In this document: piece by piece, positions 1 through 8,156 of the stretch
Numbering within the stretch: position 1 is the first letter of the stretch
Layout: every line of letters begins with the position of its first letter
The notes under the pieces: generated by a model
The model's input: the letters and a program-made list of their open reading frames with translations, nothing else
Databases searched by the model: none
What the model was told of the DNA's origin: nothing
Position numbers and translations under genes: made by a program
Source of the DNA: an uncultured Methanosarcinales archaeon
GTDB taxonomy: Archaea; Nanobdellota; Nanobdellia; Woesearchaeales; ARS49
NCBI GenBank assembly: GCA_964497645.1
Contig: CAZCCU010000002.1
Location: 3,525-67,524, forward strand
DNA length: 64,000 nucleotides
Direction: 5' to 3'

Positions 1-1
1 A

Positions 2-145
2 TTCAAACCTTTGGAAGAGCGCAACCACCTCACAGACATATTCCCAAAACTAGCAGCAGCTAAACGTGAAATTTCAGAAGGAGAAAAAACTGAAGTCCGC
101 AAAAGAGACGACACCACCAGAATAATGCCGGCAGGCATTCGGTAA
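2..145 (+). CDS. 3' end of an upstream gene (partial, unknown product)
   Basis: An open frame enters the window and stops at TAA 143-145. Its tail reads ...KREISEGEKTEVRKRDDTTRIMPAGIR and gives no functional clue. Confidence 0.25.
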   Translation, partial: FKPLEERNHLTDIFPKLAAAKREISEGEKTEVRKRDDTTRIMPAGIR

Positions 146-178
146 GATTTATAAACATCACAAATAGACCTTTCTACC

Positions 179-1552
179 ATGAAAAGAGGTACACTGATAT
201 TTTGTATAGTAACACTTCTTCTCCTTGCAGCCTGCGGGAAAGCAGAATGCAAAAAAGATCCAGACTGCGTAAGAGCTCATTTCACAGGAAAATGTGTTGA
301 AAAGAAATGCGTTTACACGCCCATTCCGAATGAATGCGGAAACAAAAAGTGCGAAGAATCAAACAAAGAAGACAAGTGCAACTGCCCGCTCGACTGCGGA
401 TTATGCGAAGGAAAAGTAGACGGAAGCCAATTCTTAATCCAGCAATGCGTACAAGACAAATGCATAGAAGACGTAGAAGAATCACAAGTCAAACCAATCT
501 TCAGCTCGGTAGACATAACCAACGCGGGAGACAAGTTCAAGATTGACACAGTATACAAGCAACCGTTCAACATGAAAAAAGACACCTTCAGCATAACAGT
601 CATGCTATCCGACCAAGGACCAAGCAACAGCGATGAACACATAATCAATGCAGAGCTCACAGCAACAACAAAGGATAAGCGAACAATAACACTCTCACGC
701 ATAGACATTGACAAATACCTATGGACAGAAGGAAGCGCAATCCAAGAAGGACTCATAATAGATTTCCCAACAGTAGAACTTGAAGGAGAACTCACCAATG
801 TCGTATTAAAGGTCCAATACGAATATGCAATAACACAATCCGGCAAGAAAACAGTAAAACAGGCAGTATTACAGAACCGGTACAAGGAAAAATTCATCTT
901 TGTAAGACCAGGCGCGAGCTATCCATGTCCGGCAAGCTGCGATGACAAGAACGCAGGAACAAAAGACACGTGCGGGCCGCAAACAAGTTTCTTCTGCAGT
1001 CATGAGCCAATACCAAACGCGTGCGGAAACTTCAAATGCGACGGCAGTGAAAACAGATGCACCTGTCCAACAGACTGCGGAGTATGCCCGGGAAGCGCAG
1101 GAAACTTCCTAGACTACGCTTGCCAGACGAACAAATGCATCACCAAACTCAAAGCAGGAGTTTCCGTGCAGTCAAAACCATTATTTGATGACAGAAGCCT
1201 CGGACCAGTGCAATTACACAACAACTACAAATTCAACAGCCCATTCAACATCAAAGAAGACTCATTCAACCTCGACTTCAAGATTTACAGGATAGATCCA
1301 AGCGTCACAGGGTTTACGATAGAGACTATCAGAATCCTTGAGGGCGCCCAGCAATTCGTAGAAGTCGCCGTTGACCAAGAACTCGGAGACACTCCAACAC
1401 CAGTCGTAGTAAAAATACCAAGCATCCAGCAACCAGAAGAAGAACATTCTCTGAACATAGGAGTCTGGTACAAGTACATGCAAGACGACAAGGAAAAAAC
1501 AGGCAACTTCCAAAAACCACTTGGAAAAATAACGCTGATTAACCCAGGATGA
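179..1552 (+). CDS. Cys-rich secreted lipoprotein with an internally duplicated ~230-aa module
   Basis: The N-terminus MKRGTLIFCIVTLLLLAACGK has an LAAC lipobox-like signal. A Cys-rich knot CGNKKCEESNKEDKCNCPLDCGLCEG near the start recurs as CGNFKCDGSENRCTCPTDCGVCPGS about 230 aa later. Each copy is followed by a beta-rich segment. Confidence 0.6.
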   Translation: MKRGTLIFCIVTLLLLAACGKAECKKDPDCVRAHFTGKCVEKKCVYTPIPNECGNKKCEESNKEDKCNCPLDCGLCEGKVDGSQFLIQQCVQDKCIEDVEESQVKPIFSSVDITNAGDKFKIDTVYKQPFNMKKDTFSITVMLSDQGPSNSDEHIINAELTATTKDKRTITLSRIDIDKYLWTEGSAIQEGLIIDFPTVELEGELTNVVLKVQYEYAITQSGKKTVKQAVLQNRYKEKFIFVRPGASYPCPASCDDKNAGTKDTCGPQTSFFCSHEPIPNACGNFKCDGSENRCTCPTDCGVCPGSAGNFLDYACQTNKCITKLKAGVSVQSKPLFDDRSLGPVQLHNNYKFNSPFNIKEDSFNLDFKIYRIDPSVTGFTIETIRILEGAQQFVEVAVDQELGDTPTPVVVKIPSIQQPEEEHSLNIGVWYKYMQDDKEKTGNFQKPLGKITLINPG

Positions 1553-2208
1553 TGAACAAAAAAAACAGTCTTTTTTTCCCGCGAGGAAAAAAAGGCATGG
1601 AATTCAGCATCGGAATGGTTGTAGGACTCATACTCTCAGTCCTCATCTTCTCAATGTCAGTATATCTCGTCTTCAAATGGTTCGGCTCGGCAGGAGACAT
1701 CAAAGCAGAAATAGACAGGCAAACCCACGACCAAATCATGGCAGCGCTGAAAACAGGAAACCAGCTGGTAGCCATACCGATCTCAATCCAAGAAGCAAAG
1801 AGAGGCAGTGCTGCCATTTTCGGAGTCGGAGTAAGAAACATCGCATCAGAAGATTCGTTCAGCATGGCAGTCTCATTCTCAGGAGCGTTCACGCCGGATG
1901 GAAAACCAATACCAGTCGACAGGCAGCACATCGACCAGAAATGGATAGGCACAACAGAAACAGTGGACACGTTTACCCTGAAAAAAAATGAAGAGAAACT
2001 GATACCATTACTTCTCAAAGTAGATGTCAACACTGCACCAGGAGCACAAACACAAAAAGGAGATTATGTTTTCAATTTCTGCGTGTACAAAAAGCCATTA
2101 ACCTCGGATGGTAAAGCGCCTGCGCCGTGCAGTAAAGAACAATTCCAACTAAGCGCAGACGCGTTCTACACCAAGAAGATATACCAGATAGTGATCAGAG
2201 TGATATGA
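1549..2208 (+). CDS. Membrane protein with a possible archaeal class-III (type IV pilin-like) signal peptide
   Basis: The N-terminus ...PRGKKGMEFSIGMVVGLILSVLIFSMSVYLVF has KKG followed by a hydrophobic helix with an early Glu, which resembles archaeal prepilin signals. Its ATGATGA start overlaps the stop of the upstream gene. Confidence 0.45.
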   Translation: MMNKKNSLFFPRGKKGMEFSIGMVVGLILSVLIFSMSVYLVFKWFGSAGDIKAEIDRQTHDQIMAALKTGNQLVAIPISIQEAKRGSAAIFGVGVRNIASEDSFSMAVSFSGAFTPDGKPIPVDRQHIDQKWIGTTETVDTFTLKKNEEKLIPLLLKVDVNTAPGAQTQKGDYVFNFCVYKKPLTSDGKAPAPCSKEQFQLSADAFYTKKIYQIVIRVI

Positions 2209-2834
2209 AATACGACGCTATAGTGCTCATTGGAGGAGGACTGAAGAAAAACGGCGCTTTTCCACTCTGGGTTAAAAGAAGAATAGCGAAAACGCTGGAA
2301 TTATTCAACGGCAAAGAATACATAATTGCGACGAGCAGAGCAACATCGCACAAAGCACCGCCACTTAAAAAAGGATTTCCCGTTGATGAATCAATAGCAG
2401 CTGCTAAATATCTCATACGAAAAGAAGTGCCTGCAAACAAAATATTGGCTGAGACAGTCTCGCTGGACACGATAGGCAACGCTTACTTTGCAAGAGTAAT
2501 ACATACAGAACCGCGAGGGCTAAAAAGACTGTGCGTGATAACTTCAGAATTCCACATGCCACGCACAAAAGCGATATTTGACTGGGTTTTCGGACTAAAA
2601 CCACTTCATAAATATAAGATAAATTATGTAGAAGTATCTGATAAAGGCATTGATGCAGAATTGATGAAAGTCCGATATGCAAGAGAAAGACAAAGCCTGA
2701 AAAAAGTTCTCGCAAACAAAAAAAGCATCACGACCTTGGCACAATTTCATGCATGGCTGTTCACAAAGCACGAGGCGTACGCGCCCGGACTCAAGCCCAA
2801 AAAAGTTAAAGGCAAAATATTAGAATCCTACTAG
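2205..2834 (+). CDS. DUF218 / YdcF-ElyC-SanA family protein
   Basis: It has AIVLIGGGLKKNG near the N-terminus and CVITSEFHMPRTKAIF later, which are typical DUF218 signatures. Confidence 0.6.
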   Translation: MKYDAIVLIGGGLKKNGAFPLWVKRRIAKTLELFNGKEYIIATSRATSHKAPPLKKGFPVDESIAAAKYLIRKEVPANKILAETVSLDTIGNAYFARVIHTEPRGLKRLCVITSEFHMPRTKAIFDWVFGLKPLHKYKINYVEVSDKGIDAELMKVRYARERQSLKKVLANKKSITTLAQFHAWLFTKHEAYAPGLKPKKVKGKILESY

Positions 2835-3097
2835 CACATCCTTCCCTTATGCGCAACAGGACGGTCACGGAAGGTTTTTCTCAGGTAAATCATATCAGCA
2901 GACGCCTTTTTCACAGTCTCCTGGTCTTTGGTCACGTTTCTTAATTGAAGAAGACGCCTTATAACGGGAGCGTAACCATCACGCTTGACCAACCTTTCAA
3001 GAAGCAACCTTCTTTGACTCTGAGGTAGTTTCTTGCTCCAGCCGCCAAGCTTCCCAGACTCGAAGTGCGCCCACTTGCGAATGTATTTCTTCGGCAT
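2831..3097 (-). CDS. Hypothetical small basic protein
   Basis: It is an 88-aa ORF with coherent basic, helix-like composition that fills the gap between two genes. No motif was recognised. Confidence 0.3.
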   Translation of the reverse strand: MPKKYIRKWAHFESGKLGGWSKKLPQSQRRLLLERLVKRDGYAPVIRRLLQLRNVTKDQETVKKASADMIYLRKTFRDRPVAHKGRMC

Positions 3098-3195
3098 AAT
3101 CTGCCATTATGCAGTCTAAAGATAAAATAGTTCATAGTCACGAAGGAGTGAGCAGAGATATCATGTTAAAATTAATAATTGAAAAAAATAAAAAA

Positions 3196-4809
3196 TTATT
3201 GTTTACGGTGCCCGTATGCTACAATCACGATCAAACTAACAATAGCCAGCAAAGCAATTATGAACGTCGACGTGCTGAAAGTACCTTCAGGCAAGTTCAT
3301 AACGCCAGTCGCTGCAGGGAACGTAACTCCCCCTGTGAATAGTGCCACAGGTGATGGCGATACAGACGTGAAAGTATAGGGGCAATCACAACGCACACAA
3401 TTCTTATTGTTGTTTGCATTGTCGTTAGCATTCTTGAGACACTCTTGGTATGCGCGCCAAATAGCGCCGGCAAATGCGGTCGGATGAATTGAAAGCTCAA
3501 CATTCTTTGCGGCTTCCAAGTCGGCAATACTAATGAAGTTGTTGCCAACGCCAGTATTGCCGCAACCAGGCGCATAGACCAAGGTAGTTCCGATCACAGA
3601 GCCATGTCGGACATTGAGTGTCATAGTTGCAAATTGTACTGACAGCATGTATGCCATGTTAGTGGCAGTACCGCCCAAAAGCCACTTCTTGAGGGCTGTC
3701 TTGCCAGCGCTTATTTGCGTAGCTGTCGGAGTAGGGCAGTTTGCAGTGGCAACAGGATCGAAGTCCGACCCATCCGCGTTTCTTAGGTTCAGAGCGGTCA
3801 GGGCGCAGAGGTCTGATCCTGTGATCAAGGCCTGGCCGTTCTTGTTGGACCAAAAGCCGAGTGTGAAGCCTCCGCACGCTCCGAGGCAGACATTACCAAA
3901 CTCAACGAGCGCAGGTGGAGGAAGCGTTACTTCTACACTTGTAGGTGTTGTATCAATCCAATTCATTTCCAGCGGCACTCCTTCTACTACAGTATAGGTG
4001 CCTGGTGGTAAAAATTGGCTGAAAGGCGTTGATTCTTCGTTGCCATTGATGAATATCTGCCAGCCTGGAAGGTCATTGAAGTCATCATTAACGCCATTCA
4101 CGTTCGCATCGCAGAATTTGATGACTGTCAATAGGAATGATTGTCCAGGACAATTTGTGAAGAAATCAGTTGGACAAGGTAAGCATGGCTCTGGACTCTC
4201 TACTGAGCTCGTAACAATCGAACAAGATGAGCATGAGCTCGTAAGACTGCCACTATCCAGCGCATTGTTGATGCTGTCGACAACACTGTTGAGGCCTGAT
4301 ACAGTCCCACCGCACGTTGCTGAAGCAAGCAGCGCTCCTCCTAAAACAGATTCAGCGTCTGCTAAAATGGCACCCACTGTATTTCCAGCGCAGGGTCCAA
4401 CACCGACAATAAGGCTTGCAAGCCCTGACGGAGTGTCTCCATCGTTGGACATATCTACTGAGATTGCAAGTGCTAATACTTGTCCCGCGAATACTCCTGC
4501 TTCAGTTGCCAAAGGATCAGTATGATCCATTGTGAGTACACCAGGCGTGCCAGACGCAGGCAGGAAGCTTGTAATATCGCCAGTGCCGGAAAATGCAATC
4601 GTAAATCCATCGCCAATAGTGAAAGGCGTTTCTGAGTTATCCTCAAGAAAGCAACCTGGCTGATCTGGCGGGTGTGAAGGCTCAGGGCAAGCACTTCCCC
4701 AACCACCTTGTGTACGTGTGCAGGGAATTGGAGTGTCTTGAGCACTCACCATCGCGACGCTCATCAATGCAATTGATAATATTGTTATTAAAGTTAGAAT
4801 TTGTTTCAT
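3196..4809 (-). CDS. Secreted surface protein with a C-terminal TM anchor
   Basis: The signal peptide reads MKQILTLITILSIALMSVAMVSAQD. The body is Gly/Thr/Ser/Cys-rich. The C-terminus ...LPEGTFSTSTFIIALLAIVSLIVIVAYGHRKQ has a motif, a TM helix and a basic tail, which is a sorting-signal-like layout. Confidence 0.6.
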   Translation of the reverse strand: MKQILTLITILSIALMSVAMVSAQDTPIPCTRTQGGWGSACPEPSHPPDQPGCFLEDNSETPFTIGDGFTIAFSGTGDITSFLPASGTPGVLTMDHTDPLATEAGVFAGQVLALAISVDMSNDGDTPSGLASLIVGVGPCAGNTVGAILADAESVLGGALLASATCGGTVSGLNSVVDSINNALDSGSLTSSCSSCSIVTSSVESPEPCLPCPTDFFTNCPGQSFLLTVIKFCDANVNGVNDDFNDLPGWQIFINGNEESTPFSQFLPPGTYTVVEGVPLEMNWIDTTPTSVEVTLPPPALVEFGNVCLGACGGFTLGFWSNKNGQALITGSDLCALTALNLRNADGSDFDPVATANCPTPTATQISAGKTALKKWLLGGTATNMAYMLSVQFATMTLNVRHGSVIGTTLVYAPGCGNTGVGNNFISIADLEAAKNVELSIHPTAFAGAIWRAYQECLKNANDNANNNKNCVRCDCPYTFTSVSPSPVALFTGGVTFPAATGVMNLPEGTFSTSTFIIALLAIVSLIVIVAYGHRKQ

Positions 4810-4857
4810 GTTACCACCCCTATTTTTACCAGTTGTTGCTGAATGATGTATTTAAGC

Positions 4858-5319
4858 TTATCTAAACGTCCCAACCATGATGCCTTTCACGTTCACAAAT
4901 GCCACCAGCCACGGGTCTGCAACAGGGTTCGCCGTTCCTTTTGTCCTGTAAAAACTGCTTCCATCCTGGTCAATAATCTCAATAACCATGTGAAGCACTG
5001 TTTTGTCAACAGAAGGCTCGTAAAACGAAATAACATCGCCAATATGGACTTCATCCGCAGACTCCGGAACCTTTTCAAACACGACAGAGTCATGAGTTAT
5101 CAAAGGAGCCATGCTGTCAGAGCTCACCCTGGCATACCTAAGGCCAGGATAAGCTATCTGCACCTCATCAGCATATACTTTGTAAGAATCAAAAGGAATC
5201 CGCTGCGTGCTCTCCACTACAACATCGGTTGTGGCACTTCTAAAACCAATAGGAAGAGGCACGTTCAGCGAGAAACCTAAGAACAAAAATACAACCGCAA
5301 TTAACACCCCTTTAAACAT
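4858..5319 (-). CDS. Signal peptidase I (S26B, Sec11/archaeal type)
   Basis: It has an N-terminal TM helix. VSSDSMAPLI carries the catalytic Ser box, GDVISF is box D, and YRTKGTANPVADPW is the TKGDNN-like box E. Confidence 0.75.
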   Translation of the reverse strand: MFKGVLIAVVFLFLGFSLNVPLPIGFRSATTDVVVESTQRIPFDSYKVYADEVQIAYPGLRYARVSSDSMAPLITHDSVVFEKVPESADEVHIGDVISFYEPSVDKTVLHMVIEIIDQDGSSFYRTKGTANPVADPWLVAFVNVKGIMVGTFR

Positions 5320-5471
5320 ACATTTACCCCCGCATAGTTAAGTCGTGGATCTGTTTAAAAAGTTTCGTTGTCACTTCTGAGTGGAGTGGGGAATAAATGC
5401 TCTACCAGTATACAAAAAAGTAAACTTTTTATACACAAAGCCTATTTTACTATCCTAAGAGGGAAAAAAGA

Positions 5472-7346
5472 GTGAAATCACCAGCAGGATTACTATTCGC
5501 AGCATTGCTCGCAATTGCAATCGTTTCTGCAGCAAACGTAACTATCTCGCCCACTGCCATCTATGAAACAACAACTGCCTGGGAGACAGTCGACATAAGC
5601 AATTACAAAGGAACTTCTGTCATAAATGAAGTAGAAGTCGAAACAACAACTTTACCAATCACTGACTCAGAATCATATTTGGGATGGACAAAAGTGCAGG
5701 ATGCAGACAGCGTACTCTGGAAAGACGGAAGCATAGAAACAAACGTCAAAAGCTCAGTATTCGAATTCAAAGTAACCGCGCCAAACGTCAGCGCGGACAC
5801 AACCGAAATCGTAAAAGTCTCTCTGAACTCAATAGCAAAAACATACAACATCACAATTCTCAACGACGCAAGCCCGCCAGACATCACAAACATAAAACCA
5901 GAAAACTACGCCAGAGCAAACAACCCGGCACAATCAGTCAGCGCGACAATCATAGATGAAGAAACAAGCGTCTCAACAACATCATATAAGTGGAGCGACT
6001 GCAGCGGCGAAGACACAACAATAATTCTGACAAAAAGCAACAACACGTACGCAGGCACAGCAGACTTCACAGGCTATGATGAAGGAGAAAAAGCATGCTA
6101 CACATTCACAGCAACAAACGCTCCAGGAGAAACAGCAACAAAAACAGGAGAACTATTATTTGACGGCACTCCGCCAAACGTGACAATAATCTCGCCAACA
6201 ACATTCGCAACAGAAAGCACAACATTCTCATTCACAGCATCAGACAACATAGCAACAGTATTAACTTGCGTGCTGAAGCTCGACAGCACAGAACTGGGAA
6301 CGTATAACGCAAACAACGGAAGCACAAAAACAGCAACCATAGACCTAAGCAACTTCAGCGAAGGCAGCTACACTTGGAGTGTAACGTGCGAAGATGGAGT
6401 AGGCCTGACAGCAACACACGCACAAGCAATACTATTAGACACGCAGCCTCCAGCAATAACTCTCGCCTACAACCCATTCCTTCTCAGAACACGAACAAAC
6501 AATTTCATAGCAACAATAATTGACGCGATAGGACTCGCGAGCGTCAATTCGACATTTGAAGGAAACGACGTTGCGCTATCCCAGTCAGGAAACGCGTACA
6601 CAGGAAGCATCAGCTCAAACACATTAGGAACAAAAACACTGGAAGTCAAAGCAGTAGACGGCGTAGGACACTCAACCACAGAAACAAAAACAATAACAGT
6701 CGTTCCAAACCACCAGATAACACTCACATTGAATCCGTCAACAACAACTGAAGGCACAGCAGTAATAGCATCAGGAACACTCACAACAGACGGAAACGTA
6801 ACAGAAGACGACGTCGCGGTAAAAACGCCAAGCGGAGACTTCACAGTAGAATTAGACGAGAACAACGCGTACAGCATACCATTCAGCGCGCCAAACCCAG
6901 GCACGTACACAGTAACAACAGAATACACAGAAGACGGCTACACGTACAAAGCAGAAGCAACATTACTAGTGCAATCACCAAACGCACAGCGGATAGAAGG
7001 AACCTCTGGCATAGGAGCGGAAGCATGGAGAACGAGCGGGTACGTCAAACCAGACGATCCACTGCCAACAACCAGCTCAGACAGCAATAACGCAGTAATA
7101 CCAGACGAGCCAATAGAACAGCCAACCGCGCCTCCACCAGCAGAATACGAGCCGCTGCCACCAGAAGCACCAAGAGACGCGCTCATACCAAAAACAACAG
7201 GAATATTCACGCTAAGCAAAGGCATCAAATGGCTCGCACTACTCTTAGCACTGGCACTTATCGCAGGCCTGGGAGTTTACGCTTACAAGAAACGACCAAA
7301 AGATGACTCAGGCATTGACTGGAACGGGTACTTCAAAGGAAAGTAA
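5472..7346 (+). CDS. Thr-rich cell-surface protein with Ig-like repeats and a C-terminal TM anchor
   Basis: The signal peptide reads MKSPAGLLFAALLAIAIVSAANVT. The body contains many N-x-S/T sequons. A Pro-rich stalk PTAPPPAEYEPLPPEAP precedes the TM helix WLALLLALALIAGLGVYAY and a KKRPK basic tail. Confidence 0.65.
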   Translation: MKSPAGLLFAALLAIAIVSAANVTISPTAIYETTTAWETVDISNYKGTSVINEVEVETTTLPITDSESYLGWTKVQDADSVLWKDGSIETNVKSSVFEFKVTAPNVSADTTEIVKVSLNSIAKTYNITILNDASPPDITNIKPENYARANNPAQSVSATIIDEETSVSTTSYKWSDCSGEDTTIILTKSNNTYAGTADFTGYDEGEKACYTFTATNAPGETATKTGELLFDGTPPNVTIISPTTFATESTTFSFTASDNIATVLTCVLKLDSTELGTYNANNGSTKTATIDLSNFSEGSYTWSVTCEDGVGLTATHAQAILLDTQPPAITLAYNPFLLRTRTNNFIATIIDAIGLASVNSTFEGNDVALSQSGNAYTGSISSNTLGTKTLEVKAVDGVGHSTTETKTITVVPNHQITLTLNPSTTTEGTAVIASGTLTTDGNVTEDDVAVKTPSGDFTVELDENNAYSIPFSAPNPGTYTVTTEYTEDGYTYKAEATLLVQSPNAQRIEGTSGIGAEAWRTSGYVKPDDPLPTTSSDSNNAVIPDEPIEQPTAPPPAEYEPLPPEAPRDALIPKTTGIFTLSKGIKWLALLLALALIAGLGVYAYKKRPKDDSGIDWNGYFKGK

Positions 7347-8156
7347 ATGGTGCTGGAACAATTCCTTGACAGAAAACTAGTCATAAAGCACTTTCCCTTT
7401 GTCTTCATTCTCAGCGCAATCTACGTATTCGTCGCATACGCAGTCCAAACACTGTTTTTTCCAGGCCAAAGCATAGCAACAGTTCTACTGCTGACAATAC
7501 TGCTTGTTCCCAGCCTGCACCATCTGATAGTAATCGAAGAAAAAATAGAAAGAACAGGAGCCTCGCACTTCTGGAAAAAACACCGCACGATAGTAAAGTG
7601 CTATGTAGGAGCGTTCTTCGGACTTCTAGCCGGATTTTTAGCGCTCGGATTTGTCAACTCGGAAACGCTCTCATTCCAAATAAGCCAGCTCGAACAAGAC
7701 CACCTGAAACCAACCGCAATCGAAAATTTTGCAGGCAGGCCCTACATTCCAGACGTCCAAACAGCAATCGCACTATTCTCGCACAACGTAAGGTACTTGC
7801 TTATCGGATTCATACTATCAATCTTTTACGGAGCAGGATCGGTTTTCCTAATAGCGTACAACGCATCATTCTTCGCAGCATTTGTAGTAGAGTTGTTTTC
7901 ACGATGGACAACAGCAATACAGATGGCATCAATATCACTGGTTCACCTGCTTCCAGAAAGCACGGGCTACATTCTGACCGCAATAGCGGGAGCGACACTA
8001 TCGCGCGCCATCATACACGAAAAATTAGCCAAAGCGCCATTCAGAAACGTGCTCAAAAACTGCTTCATCCTGCTCGTACTAAGCCTGATATCGCTCCTTT
8101 TAGCAGCATTTATAGAAACATACGTGACTGCAAGCGTGTTTCACAGAATGATCTAG
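7347..8156 (+). CDS. Polytopic membrane protein, SpoIIM/DUF95-like
   Basis: It has at least 6 TM helices. The segment HNVRYLLIGFILSIFYGAGSVFLIAYNASFFAAF resembles the SpoIIM/DUF95 core. Its start codon abuts the stop of the upstream surface-protein gene. Confidence 0.5.
   Translation: MVLEQFLDRKLVIKHFPFVFILSAIYVFVAYAVQTLFFPGQSIATVLLLTILLVPSLHHLIVIEEKIERTGASHFWKKHRTIVKCYVGAFFGLLAGFLALGFVNSETLSFQISQLEQDHLKPTAIENFAGRPYIPDVQTAIALFSHNVRYLLIGFILSIFYGAGSVFLIAYNASFFAAFVVELFSRWTTAIQMASISLVHLLPESTGYILTAIAGATLSRAIIHEKLAKAPFRNVLKNCFILLVLSLISLLLAAFIETYVTASVFHRMI

Noticed and set aside
3109-3379. Plus-strand ORFs 3109-3342 and 3179-3379
   Set aside because: They overlap the 3' end of the 537-aa secreted-protein gene on the opposite strand and have no supporting features.
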